Assembly: GCF_000181795.1 (NCBI RefSeq)
Contig: NW_003526941.1
Span: forward strand, 4,181,218 to 4,245,217
Length of the DNA stretch: 64,000 nucleotides
DNA from: Trichinella spiralis
Lineage: Eukaryota
Direction of reading: 5' to 3'
Shown here in pieces: positions 12,351-26,178 of the stretch. Numbering within the stretch: the first letter of the stretch is position 1; each line of letters starts with the position of its first letter. The notes under the pieces were generated by a model. That model did no database searches and was not told the origin of the DNA. It saw only the letters and a list, made by a program, of their open reading frames with translations. The position numbers and the translations under genes were made by a program.

Positions 12351-14362
12351 TCAGGCGTTCATGATGGCTGTGCCATTGTTGGACGGTACAAGAGGAAAAA
12401 AATCCGCAACGTATCTGTGTCGTTGTTGGCAAGTGATGCAAGTGTTTCTTTTACAACACGTTTGAAGTGCCTGTCGAATTCTCCAATTGCTAGCATAATA
12501 TATTGGCAATCGCAACGATGCGTTCAGCACAGTCAACAAACTGACTGTATCTGTAGCGAAAGTGTAAAATGCAGGATGGTTATTTAGAAATTCTTTGTTA
12601 ACGTGTTCCCACAACGTAATAATGACATTCAAAACATTTGTTACCAAATAGCTAGTGACAATAGCAACCATCATTTTCCAAGCGCTGCGAGAGCTATGGC
12701 GAATGTTTGAATTATTCGAGTCATTGTTTTCCATCTCAATTGCCTTTTTCACAACGCCTCGCCAATTCGTTATTATCAAATGATTAATCAAAACAAGTGC
12801 TAGAAATGGGAAAAATACCTAAAAAAATAAAATATATTAAAATATCTCAAGCAAAGTCGTTGGAAAATATTATAAAAATTGAATTGTAGACGTGAGAAGT
12901 GATTACTAACTTCAACAAACAAACAAACAGTAACAAAGTGGTGTTTTTGATTTTTAGCCAATAAAAGTAATAATAGTAAAAGCAGAGAAACAAACTGAAA
13001 TAGAAATCATTTAACTTTAATTTAATTTAATTTAATTTGTTACACACTTCAGATGGTATCGATGTGTGGAAATGAAGCAAAATATTACGTCATGAAAATG
13101 TGCAACTTATTGCCATCTGGCCATAGACAAATTACCGATTGAAGCTCAGTGAAGTTTACGAATGAAGACAAAAAAAAGAGAAAATAATAGCACCATTACT
13201 TGACGCAATAAAAGTTCCCTCAAGCATGGCTAAAAAACGATAAATTTTTTTAAAAAGCTAAAAGTTTCCTATTACTTTTAAGATAAAAAGTCGTACGTTG
13301 CATAATCTGAAATTCATACAACTGCAAATGCAAAGACTAATTTCTGAAAGCAAACCAAGCCAAAGACTTTAAAAAAATTAAAATAATACTGCTTTGCCTA
13401 ACTTATTTATTTATTTACTTCACTACTATGCACTACTACTGAAAAACAAAAACCAACTGCAGATTCTGTAATTTGTGAAACTTTCCAGTAAACTAATAGA
13501 AAACGTAAATCAACTTCAATAATTATCAGTCAAAATGCATGCTTCAACGAAAAAGAATATATTCACATAAAACACCTTACATGGTATTTAGTGATTTTAC
13601 AAGCGATTTTTTCCAAATGTGCTTATACAATATTATTTACATTGGATTGAAAATTTTTTCAATTTCCATTACCTGAACAATGTGGACAAGCCAAAGTTGA
13701 TAGACTTTTTGATAAAGTGGATTGCGAGCCATTTCTGTCAGCTGCAATTCAACGGCAGCAAATCCGATGCATTCTTGATTGTAGACAAGTTGCAAATCCC
13801 ACAAGCTGATTATACGAAAAGAGGTACTAAATATGAAAACACCAGCTATAACCCAACAACGTTTTTTTTGAGTAATTTCTTCGTAAAACATTTTCAAAGG
13901 TTTTATCGATGTCACTTCCATATAACGTTCGGCGGAACAAACAACGACCAGATAAGTTGAAGCGACGGTCAAAATTCGGCTGATCGTGTACAAATATGGC
14001 ACATATCTTAGCCACAGAAAATACAACCACTCCATTTCACAGTAATCGTACAAAATTTGTACAGGGAAAACCATAAAATAAGTGACAAGAATGCCGATGT
14101 CAGAAACGCACAATGCCGACAAATAGATGAGGTAGGTGCTGCGCAGGGAACGTTTCAGCAGCACGACCAAAAGCATCAAATTGGTGATCATTCCAAATGA
14201 ATAGACCACGGAACCGGCGACAACGATCAACCAAAATTTCACTTCCAAAAATTCCATCATCTCGTAATTGCACGCACCCGCTTGTGATAAAGTTACCGTT
14301 GAACTGTTGGTCTGTGCCAGCATGGTCGTCAAAGTGGAGGACAAATTGTCTGTTCGTTCCAT
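12351..14362 (-). CDS. Class A (rhodopsin-like) GPCR, FMRFamide/peptide receptor-like; exons 14362-13673 and 12818-12351 (an extra 3' exon ending ~12148 is possible)
   Basis: Seven hydrophobic segments. Motifs are TM1 GMITN, TM2 YLSALCVSD, TM3 SAERY, TM5 VFFPF and TM7 NASLRLPIYY. The phase-0 intron is CAG|GTAATG...TTTTAG|GTATTT. Confidence 0.88.
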
Positions 14363-17300
14363 CTCATTTCAGTTCCAACACAACCCGGAATAACAACAAA
14401 CTTTGTAAAAAATGAAGATATATTTCAGCTTCAATGATTATGCATCATTATTCGTTTCAAGCACATTGAAACCATCTGCCCGTTATACAATTAATTATCT
14501 GAGCAATGCAGAGAACCACAATCTAAAATAAATATCATATTAGTTTGCGCTTTTTTTTATTTTGCTTAAAATATAATTTATATAAATAACTTAAATAGCA
14601 TTTATTTATTGAAAAGATTTTACAGTAAACTGAAAAGTTGCTACTATATATAACAACTTTGACTAAAAATTAAAAAAATATATACATATACATATATAAC
14701 TTTGCAAAAGAAGTGGAAGAAGAATAAAAACAAACCTCCGAATGAATTTAAACTGCTTTGATTTAAGTTTAAATATTAGCCGCTACCAGATGACGCTTTG
14801 ACAATTATGAGTTCAAATTGTTTGAATAATAGGCGCCAAATTGACGTCGGCTAACCAGCTAATGAAAATAAAAACGTCAAATAAAAATTGAACCAAAAAA
14901 AAAGTTTTAGCTTTATTTATTTATTTATTTATAAAAGCATTTGAAAGGATAAAAACAGAAGAAAGAAAAGTGAACATACCAACTTTCTGAAAAGAAATCT
15001 GGAATAACAAAAAATGAAAAACAAAAAGTTGAAACTATCAGCTTCAAATAATAATAATAATAACTCCAAAAAATCATATATAAACAAATGTGAGAGAACA
15101 TTATCCATAAGATTGGGTTATTTTGCTTAATTGGGTAGCTGATGAAATATCTACACGGTTTCGAATTGCAACGAAACAATCTCGTAGAAACAACGAAACG
15201 GTATGAAAAAATCGAAAACAAATTCACCATCTCTTTCCTCCCGTCTTAATGATGATACATTCGGCTTTTGTGTGGTAATCGGATAATCGGCGGCTATCTG
15301 AGATGAGCATTCCAACTATTATTTCAAATCTTAAACGACAGGCGATCACATTTTCTCATGAAATTGTAAACTCTCAGTTGACAATCAATGCAAACAAAGC
15401 AAACAAGTCAAAATTTCAATTCCCAAGAAAAAAAGTAATAAGCTTTTATATATTTCTGAAATATTCTACTAAGAAAAATAAGTTCAAAAACAGCTTCTCC
15501 GAAAACTCTCAAATGCACAATAAATTTCCATCAAAGCTGCTCCAACAACATATCTTTCTACTGTGCGCATACATCCATATACATATATATATTCACTGCA
15601 TTTTTATATATTCATACAGAAACGTAATAACAACAAATGTATTATTGGTAGATAATTAAAATGAACCATCACTTTTGAAACTGAAAATCAATATTGACGC
15701 GTAATTAAAAATTTTATGCTTTATTTTTATTATTCATAATTTCTGCTGAACATAAACTAATTTCGTTCATTAAAATTATTTTTCCTAACAATAACAAATA
15801 ATAATAATAATAATAAATGAATTTCCCATTTATTTATTTTTCCAATAATAAAATTCATTAACAAATATTATTTTTTTATATGTAAAAAGATTTTAAGGAA
15901 ATTAATTCTTTCAATTTGAATTGCAATTCTGCTATTCAATAAAATGAATTTTTTTTGATAAACTACATTTAAAATAATCAGAAATTGAAAGAATATTAAA
16001 TTATAAATAATAAAGTTTAATTGTACCAAATTGAAATTATTTTGATGATATAAATAGTAGTTATACAATTAATGAATGATTAAATTTTAATGGGATACAA
16101 TTTCTAAAATAATTCTTCTTAAGGCTGTTCAATTTAAAAATGAAAGAAAAAAAAGCAATAACAACAACAACAAATAATAATAATTTTCATACAAAGTTAG
16201 ATTTGCAAAACTGAAAATGCCATTTGCATGAATGTTGAAGAAATTTAGCTCAAATGTTGAGATCAATTCCGCTTAATCGAACGTAAAATTGAACCTTTAT
16301 TATTTATATTGCGAACAATACAAATTTCACATCATCCATTCGAACTATTAATTAATATGCAATACAGTTCTGACAAATTAAATTAAAAACCGAATCATAA
16401 TAATATAAATTAAAAATTGCTACTTTATATTTCACATTGTTTGCTTGTTTATTATTTGTTGGCTGCTTATTTGTGCATTAAAAGCTTACGAGCCCCACAC
16501 AAAGAAATGGAAAATTAATTTTATGGAAATACAGAAAAACAACAACAACAACAACAAATTTAAATTACAAAATGCAAAAACAAACTTAACAATAAATAAG
16601 CATATTAAAATAAAATTATACTTCTAAGAAATTAATATAATAAGAACAAAAAGATGTTGTTGATCCAAATTAGAAACTGTTAGTGTATACATATATATAC
16701 ATATATGAACATTTGTTTATTTATTTATTTATTTACATTTTGCATGATACATTGAGATGATGCTGTATGAATTGGCAAGTTTCAATTATTGGATATTTTT
16801 AATTAGAAATCATACGAATTATTTTGCTAAGAATTGCTGAAAGCTAATGTGACATAGACTGAAGTAAAAATTCAGCTCGCAGATAATAATATTGAAATAT
16901 TAGCAGAATTTGCTTGCTAACATGAAGCGTATAAATGAAGCAATTTAATAATTCAAATTGCAATATGCAATCAATTTCTTCTACCTGGCCTGCTGAAATG
17001 AAAAGCCTCAGGATGGTTTATTTATTCTATACAGAAAGCCGGTCAACTGCAGTTCAAATTGAGTCATCAATTTCTTCTTTTCCCCCTGTGAAACAATAAC
17101 ACAGCAGAGCAGATAGTTAGTTGGCAACTATTTACTATACGAACAACATCACCGCGTTGTCAGCACTTTTCATCAATATTTCCCAAACCCCCTGCCCCTG
17201 CCCCTTCCCCTCTTACAACCAAAGCTCACCTGCTGCAATCACTGTTGGCAAATCGTAAACAGCCCATTTAGCTCAATAAACAGCTTCAATTCACAAACAT

Positions 17301-20300
17301 AAATCTCACATCTCCAGCATGCAAACTTATATCAAAGCACCAACAATCATACTACATGAACGTAACAAAAGATATTGAATCAAAAATTATTCCATTCCAT
17401 TCCATTCCATTCTATTCTATTCATAAACAAAAATTGTACTATAATTGATCAAATTAAATATTTAGAGCAAAAAAAATTTTTTTTTCTCCAACATTCAAAT
17501 AGCATTTTTGAAATAAATAAAAATCAGATGACAAGTAAAAATAAACATAAAATTGTAAAATATAAACAAATCATCCGCATACAAACAGCCATGAATATTT
17601 AAATTTTATTTAAATATATAAAATTGTCGAATGAAAAGACTAGAAAATTGCAACTTATAAGTCCTGAAATGAGAAAGGATACTTCTGAAGAAAATGCATG
17701 CAACTGACAGACAGATTGACAGACATTGATAGACTGACTGGAATATATTCTGGTGGTTGAATGCAAAACGGGGTGGGGAATCGATTACAGTTTTACACAA
17801 TACTATTATAAATTTTCTGCGTAAATAAATCAAATCATTTCTACTTTTCAATTTCTTATGCTAATTTCGGAAATTCACCGCGCACCTCTCTAAATACTTC
17901 TACTCTAATATGTATAAGTAGAAGCAAAGAGAAAATGAAAATAAAAAAGAAGAAATGATTGCTTTCTGAATATATTATACAAATTAGAATACCTGGCTCT
18001 GGCTGGTTGGTCGGTTGTTAAGTGCGGATAAAAGAAGAATCTTTCATCAAGTTGAATGTCAAATTTTCATATTAAGCGGAAGCATAACATTAATATTGGC
18101 TGCATCTGCCGTCCGCCCAAACATGACATGAGCAAGGAAATTGAAAATTTTGCTTGCAATATTTTGCATCGACAACGATTGAACAACTCCTTTCCCAACA
18201 ACTAATCTTGCCCTGACCGCATGTAAGTCTAATTACAGGCTAATAAATCGATCCTTAAACCAAATGTCCAAAATAGGATTTCTTTTCACCAATTGTCGAG
18301 TGGATTTGAAAGAAACAACACGATAGCATTCACAAATTATCCATCTATCTATATGATTATTTTCTTTTCCTTTTTTAAAAATGAAAAAAATTTTTTGCAA
18401 TAATAAAAGAAAGGAGAAAGGTTGAAGTTTTTTTTCTATTCGTCAATTTATTTCCAGTCGATAAATTTTTCTTCTTCAATTCTTTACATTGTATCAAAAA
18501 AAAATTATCCACCATTCATTAATTAATAAGCAGTATAAAAGTGAGTGAATGAAGAAATTAAAATGAAATAATAAGTCACTTCAATTGTTTAAAGTAACGA
18601 TCAAAAAGGAAAAAATAAAATGCAATTGAAAACAAGAAGAAAAAAGCAAAGCACATATTATTATCCTTATTATTCACAACTGAGCTATTTTTCTGTTGAC
18701 GTGTCAGATAGGTTTGCAATTGTATTTCAAAACTGAAACCCATATACATACAATATCTGAACTCATTAAAAACTAAAATAAATGAATAAATGAAAATTTA
18801 TCACAAAAAACAATTCATTATTTTATTATTATCGTACTCTTCACTGTCAGTTTATTACAGAAACAACAACAAAAAAAACCGAACAAAATAAGTAAAAAAT
18901 TTTTTTGTTAATAATACTTTAATCAACGATTTTATTGTTTTATAATTAATAAACTTTACAGAACTAATTAATTGTCGGAAACTTTTTGAAATATGAAACT
19001 CTATAATAATAATAATAATAATAGACTACATGGTAAAAATAAAAATTTTCAACTAATAAATGCTTATAACAATAAATCAATTTGAATCAATAATAATATT
19101 AATATGATTTTTTTTTCAAACAGTTCGATTAAAGTGAAATAAAACGAATATAAAGAGATTAGCATTGTTTGAAGATGAAACTTTGTTTGATGATAATCGG
19201 ATGTCGAATATAAAATTTCCATCAAATTGCACTTAAAATGAGTTAATTAAATTTCCTTCTCAAACCAAGAAATGTCTACAGAGATTGCCAAGTGAATTTT
19301 ATTATAAAAATTCCCCTAACTGAAACCAATTCCAAATCACCACCATCACTGTCGCCGCCGTTTAAAAAGTTCAAATTTTGCAATATCAATGATCAAATAT
19401 TGTCGGAAAGATACACATAAACCACATATATTAATATTTCATAATGCATCACTTACTGAAGGGCAAATCACTTGGGCAAAGCAGAAGCAGTGTTCTGTTC
19501 GACTAATCAAAATTTGCATACATAATTGATACTCTTATTTCATCAGTTTGGGCATCAGTAATATAGAAAACGCACTATCAAAGTAAACATCATCGTTTTC
19601 CAACAGCTTTAAACCAATATAATAATTGGACCAATAAGCACGCAGTAAAATTTGAACTGATAAATAATATTTTCGACTTTTTGCATCTTTACAGATGGCA
19701 GTGGTGCAGAAAAGTTTTTCTAATTTCACAATATTCATAGTGTTACTTTTAAATAACTTCAAGCGATAGAAATATAGAAAAAAAATTTTTTCATACTTTG
19801 TCATACCGATTTTCACCTGAATGCACAACATCATAAGGTCGATAATATCACAACAATTCAACTATATTCTCCTTCTCATTCGCCTTGCTAAGCAAAAGTC
19901 AACCAAAATTATGCAGATCGGTCATTTAGTTTACACGTTTATCATTGTTTCTTAATTTTCGAAATTTTTATGACAAAAATCGATTACAATATTTTAGTTC
20001 AACGCCGCATATAAAAACCGAATCAAAGCTTTCCCATCTCTATCTACAACACTGTTCTCATGACTTCTTCGCATGAGTTGTTTTATAATTTAAGAAATAA
20101 AGCAGAAAAAAAAACAATCATAATTTCACAATTTTCTGAGAAATTATTACAATATACAAATAAAAATATGTCATTTTCATTGCTTTCAACTGTGTATTAG
20201 TATTTTTATCGAAAATGTATATTTGTAAAAATTCCCTTTGGGTGAGAAAAATTTCAAATTCTAACCAATGTCTTCTACTAATAAGAGTAACAATGAGATT

Positions 20301-23300
20301 CGATAAGGAGATGATCTATGAACTAGAAGAAGATGAAAAATAAAGAAAAAAAAAGATTCCAATTTATTATACCTTGTTGCTCGATGCAGAATGGCAATTC
20401 ATTATTATTCTAAAGTCTATCTACAAGAAAAACGTTCATTCAGAAAAAAAGAACTCTCCTCGGGGATTCAGAATTCCAATACTGTTTGTTGTAAGCTCAT
20501 GGAAAAGAAAAAGGAGAAAAAAAAACATCTTACAACTACAACATTTACCGACTATCAATACAACTTTCTTACTACAGAAAGCGGTATAATTTATTCTAAT
20601 TTCACTAAATTAATTTTATTCGTTTAATAATAATAAATTTCATAATGAAATACAATTATTATTTCTGGTTTCTTTCTTTCGAATTACAAATGGATTAATA
20701 TGAATACAATGAACTTTCTACATACCTGTTTAATTGTTGGCATATCAGCGATGCGTTCGTTGGTAGTAGAAAAATTGGCCACATATGTAGATGGTAGAGT
20801 ATAATACAGAATAAAATGTACAAAGCTTTTTGACGAAATCAGGCAAAAACACAGCGTCACACCCAACAAAATCCACTGGCTGCTTTTGCTTCTTTGCTTG
20901 CCTGGTGGTGGTGGTGGTGGTGGCTTCACTCTTGAGCCGGCTAATTAAGATCGCTCGTCACAAATGGTTAAGCCAAAATGAAGTGATCCTCGACGCTGTT
21001 GTTGTTGTTGGCCATTTTTAAAAGCAGCCGATCAATTCTTCTTCTTCCATTCAAAGCACCTAACCAAAGCAATGTGTACCATCATGAAAAAAATTGAAAA
21101 CAAACATAAATACATTTTTCGTTTCAATAATTTTTTATCTATCATTTTTTTTGAAAATATTTTCGACATTTTCCACGGTCGAAAAATCGGTTTTTTTGTT
21201 TTCTGAATCTTCCCTTTTTTCAGTAGAACAAATAATAAACAAACAAACAAGCTAATTCATTAATAAAAGTACACTCGATAAATAAACTGTGAATAATGAT
21301 CGTCATTTTTGAAAATGCTGCCGCCACACACAAACAGGTGAATGCTAAATTTTTCCTGGATAATATGCTCAACATCAACAGCTCAATTCAAAATGAAAAA
21401 CTTCTAAACTGTTACTTTCGAATAGAAAGCAATTAGCACAACAGCAGAAAACACGGCTAAACTAGCCAAATAATGTAATTTTTGCTCTTCATCTATTAAT
21501 AAACATTTGATCATAAATGAAAATTATATATTTATATACACACACATGTATATATATGCCAATAATTATTTACTTCTTTCAACAATCAGAACATTTTATT
21601 GTCGTAAATTTAAGAATGAAAAAAATATATGACTCCAGGAAATCGACAAGGAAAAAGTGAAACATCTTCTAAATTAAAAAAAAAGTAGAGGAATTATTAC
21701 CAATTTCTCACATGAATTGTCCCATTCAAAATCATCTGTCTGTGCACAAAAAATATGAAAATTAATTTAAGTCAATATTTAATTAATATTAAAATCATCA
21801 TATCAAAACAACAAATGTGATTAAAATTACAATTTTTGAACGATACATACAACTAATTGATATGTTGAAAAATATTACTTCAACATTGTCATTCTGCCAT
21901 TATTCTGTGAAATGGTTAAAGGTCAGTTTAATGTTACTATCTGACTAATAATTATTATTTGAATGCGTGAGATGAATGTAAAAATAAAATTTATTACACA
22001 ACTCGAATATGTGCGCAACTGAAACACTGATCATCACCGCCCATGTTAACATATTAATCTTTATTTATTTATTTGTTGAATTTTAAATTCCACATTTCAC
22101 TTTGGAATGGAAAAAAAGAAAGAAAAATTAAAAAAAAATAATTTTCGTTTATCATTAAAATTGATAAAAGTGAAATTGAAAACATTCTCATTTCAGTCCA
22201 ATCAATCAAAACTAAGCCGAGTCAGGTGCAATTTAATAAAAGTCTAGCTACCACCAATTGCACACATCCATTACACATGCAAGCTATGCTGAGCATTTTA
22301 TCGAGGCAAAATGTGAACCTGTTCCGAAAGCACAAACAACAAATTGCAGAAAAAAAATGTTAACAGAAAAAATCAATTGAAGCACAATTTAGAAAAAAAC
22401 GATGTTCTTTTCCAGGAAAAATAATGAAATTAAAAGATGATAAAAAAAAATTCATCGCCTTAATACATGATGCATGCGCGCATGCTATCCTTATACATGC
22501 ATCCATGCATACACTTGTTGTATATGTCTATGTACACAGGTGGGTGAATGTGCAGAGAAATATTGACAAAAATTACCGAACAATTCAAAAATAGTCTTTA
22601 TTATATTATATTATATTAAATTAAATTGCAATTATAAAAATAGCTATTTTCTTTCCAATTTGAAAGATTCATCCACTGAGAACTACAATATTACGACGCA
22701 GAACCGCTAAACAGAGCCCGAACAACACCAAAATCTCCGTAGATTTTTCCAAATAATATTGAAATTATTTTTCCATTTAATATTAAATAAATCTGGTGCA
22801 TAATTTTATTGGTGAAATTTATCTTCTGCATCAATTCTATCTTTTGACCAGCAACAATAGTTTGACGTGAAATTGTCTAAATTTAGAAAAAGAATTCTAA
22901 TCTATTTTCAACTTTCAAAAATTGCTTTCACCAGATCAGAAGAGCTGAGAAGAGGATAATTTTAGAAATAAAAAAGATAAAAAGCTTAACTATGAAACAA
23001 ATTTTTCAACTAACATTTACACATCCATTTGACTATTATTCTCCCCAACCCCCACCCACCCCGTCCCTCTACGCACACAGGATAGATTTATTTATCCATC
23101 CATCAATTTATATAATACAATGAATGCAATTCGGTTGATATTATATTATACAACTACAATATTGAATAAAAGAAACAACCCGCTCAATACCAAAAAAGCA
23201 ATTTTAAATTAAATATAAAAATAAACAGATCATAACCGAAAATATTTCGAAAAATCGAAATAACACCTAATGTTTAAATGAATAAATCAAAAAAAAGTAA

Positions 23301-24790
23301 AGCAGAAACGTTGTTTTTTTTGTTCGATTTTTTTCAACTGTACAAATGAAATAAGGGAAAATAATAATGTCATCAACAGATTTTATTTTTGCTTTACCCA
23401 TTTGATTAGCAGTTTTCGTGATTGTGATTGAAAATCACTTGGTGATTTATGGATCGGCTGAAATTCAAAAATTAATTTATTCAAAAGTCAATCATTGCGC
23501 AGATGAATGAATTGAAAAAAGTTTCGATAGCAAAAGAGAATTGATAACCACTGTCAGCAATGATTAATTCTACCGCTGTTTATCATGCATTAACTTTTCG
23601 TAAAATGCGGCAATCCCAAACGAAAAACAAACAAGAAATATTTATTTCATTTATTTATATATTGCTTCAACTTGTTCGGTTCCTTTGTTTCTAATTTTTG
23701 AAAAATTAAAGTTCTACGTTTTTAATGGGCAAACAAACAGCAACTTGGTGGTTCTACAATTAATTCATAATACAATGTTGCAAGTACTGGATCCTGCAAA
23801 ATTTTATCATTCCTATTCATCGAACAATGCCATCAAATAGAATCATTTTTAAGCAACTCAAAACTTTCAATAAAAAACACAATTTAAAGAGTGACCAACT
23901 GACAAAGAATAATACGTTGCTGATCAGTTTATATAAATCTACAAATATGATGCGAAATATCTAAATGATATTTGCAACAACAAAAACAAAATGTAAAATA
24001 AAATATGTTTCAACCAAACTCAATAAGTTATTCAGTGGAAAATTAATTTGAACAAAACATACTACACACACAAATATTTCAAAATAATTCATCAAAATAT
24101 GAAAAACTATTAATTTAATTTAAATGAATTTAATAAATGAAAAATATTTTTCACAAAAAATAAGTAAAAATATCAAGTTCATTTTCATCGAATACTCATT
24201 CTAGTGAACGTCAAAATCGAACAAACAAAATAATACCTGCGTGTATTATTCGGTATGTGCAACAGTACAAAAATTATCCGTTCAATTTCACTACTTGATA
24301 AAACTGATGATTTTTCATTTTAATCAGTTTATATTATAAACCAATAAATAATAATTTTAAATTTAATATTTAACATCGAAAATTATATTTACAAAAATTG
24401 CCTTTTTTCAAATCACAACCACCGTTGTAATGACAAAATATCAATAGACAATTTTTTTTCCCAATTCATTATTTCAATTTAAAAAGAACAGATAAATTAT
24501 AATTCAAAATGAAGCAACTGGGGACGGGAAAAGAAAGCTTGCCTTTCTGTGATACAGTCAACGCGCACGGTTGTGCTCTACTAATAATGGCGAAATTTTA
24601 TTTTCAGTAAGCTTATTTCTACATTAAAGTGCACGCATAAAATAGAATAATTGTTTTTGTTTTGAAGAAAATAACCGTAAAATCGAAAATTTTTCATTTG
24701 CTTACAAAAATACTGTCTATGTTAGGTAGATACGTAAATTCAAATATTGAAAAAAAAATTACCTAAACAGTGAATAAATGAGTTGAATAA

Positions 24791-25902
24791 TTAGAGAAAA
24801 ACATTGCCACTACTAAGCGTCAAGCGTTCAAACAGTTTCTGTATTGCTTCTTTGTTGACCTGCAATATAAAGCAAAAGATACAGTTAAATTAGTTATTCA
24901 ACAACAAATATTATTAAATCATAAATACTTCAGGAAAGAGGTGGCTCATTGCGGGTAGTTTCATGATCGGTTCGAAGCATTTCACTCCGGCAACGCTCTC
25001 GTAAGACGACGCAGTATAAGCGACGAACAGTGTTGCAGGTACCATCTCCTCTTCGCACCAAATCATCACTACGCATATCAAGTAAAATTAAACAAATTAA
25101 TCCGTCGTACAACGCAATATACAGTACTGTACAATCGGCGATTGAAATCAAGTTCAAATTACCTGCTGCTGGTAGACCTGATATCAAACTTCCACGCAAC
25201 GCCACACAAACAGCATCATCATTACCGGCTGTTTCAACTTGAAAACTATTTTTTAAATATCTTAAAAAATTCGTCCCTTCTTTGGGTATTGGTTCGTTGT
25301 GATAAAATCGATACTGTTCCCAATGACGCGAAGTTAACACAACAACAGTTTTCGGTTTATCAATGAAAGGACGAAATATCTTGAAAGAAAATAAAATAAA
25401 ATTATAAACAAATAGCCTGCATTATTTTTAAAAAGAAAATATAACAATGATACTTCTTTCGCTAATTCAACACTAAGTTGTTCATACGATATTTCCGGCA
25501 TGCAACAAATTACAGTTTTTTTCGCTCCTTTTAAAGTGTAAAATTGAACCACTGAACAAGGTCTATCGCCGCCGAATATCGGATCGCTTTGAAAATTTCG
25601 AAAAACTTCGAGTAAAATTGGTTTCGAGTCACTGCCTACACCAGATGCATATGTCCGAATAAATTCTACATTTGAATATCAAAGGAACATTATTAATTCA
25701 GAAAAAAAATTATAAAAATACACTTCCACTTACCGGAAGCATTTACACCGAAGGCTACAACCAACAACTGCACGTTGGTCTCTTGATACGCATCGACAGA
25801 CCACCGAAAATGGTAAGCAAAAGGCACTTGTTCAGAATAGTCGGCTTGCATATCAACAGCACAGCTGAACGGTTCAATCGCGTCATAAAAAGCTTCTGTC
25901 AT
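24791..25902 (-). CDS. PSMG1: Proteasome assembly chaperone 1 (PAC1), about 5 exons
   Basis: The spliced translation has AFYDAIEPFSCAV, LLVVAFGVNAS, VQFYTLK, LTSRHWEQYR, FLRYLKN, CVAL...ISGLPAA|VMIWCEEEMVPATLFVAY and a terminal GNVFL*. These blocks are colinear with human PSMG1 blocks as I recall them (FFGEV, FIIAIGNNA, VFYHLK, LTCRH, FLRALK, DLPAAVLSYC, SNIYT). Confidence 0.8.
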
Positions 25903-26178
25903 TGTCAAAATGGGAAATCAGCTAACAATGGACAAAACTGCTAAAATTGCATAATTATAACAACAATTATACAAAAGAACAAAATAAAATCAAGAACAAA
26001 TTTTCAAAGAAAGTAGCAAACAATGATCACGTTACACAACGCAGAATATCAAAACAAATGGACGACAAACAAAAGCGGTTAATTGTATATTTATTTATTC
26101 ATTTCTTGTACAAGTTTGCTTGATGTATGAGCATAAATTATTGGATGAATATTTTTGGAAAAAATTTTACACAACAAT

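Noticed and set aside
14925..21250. Numerous 60-120 aa Phe/Ile/Lys-rich ORFs
   Set aside because: Their composition reflects AT-rich non-coding DNA, with no domains or consistent exon structure.
24930..25170. ORF-track read-through C-terminus of the 136-aa ORF (…GNLNLISIAD…)
   Set aside because: It runs through an intron (GCAG|GTAATT…GCGTAG). The spliced frame restores PSMG1 similarity.
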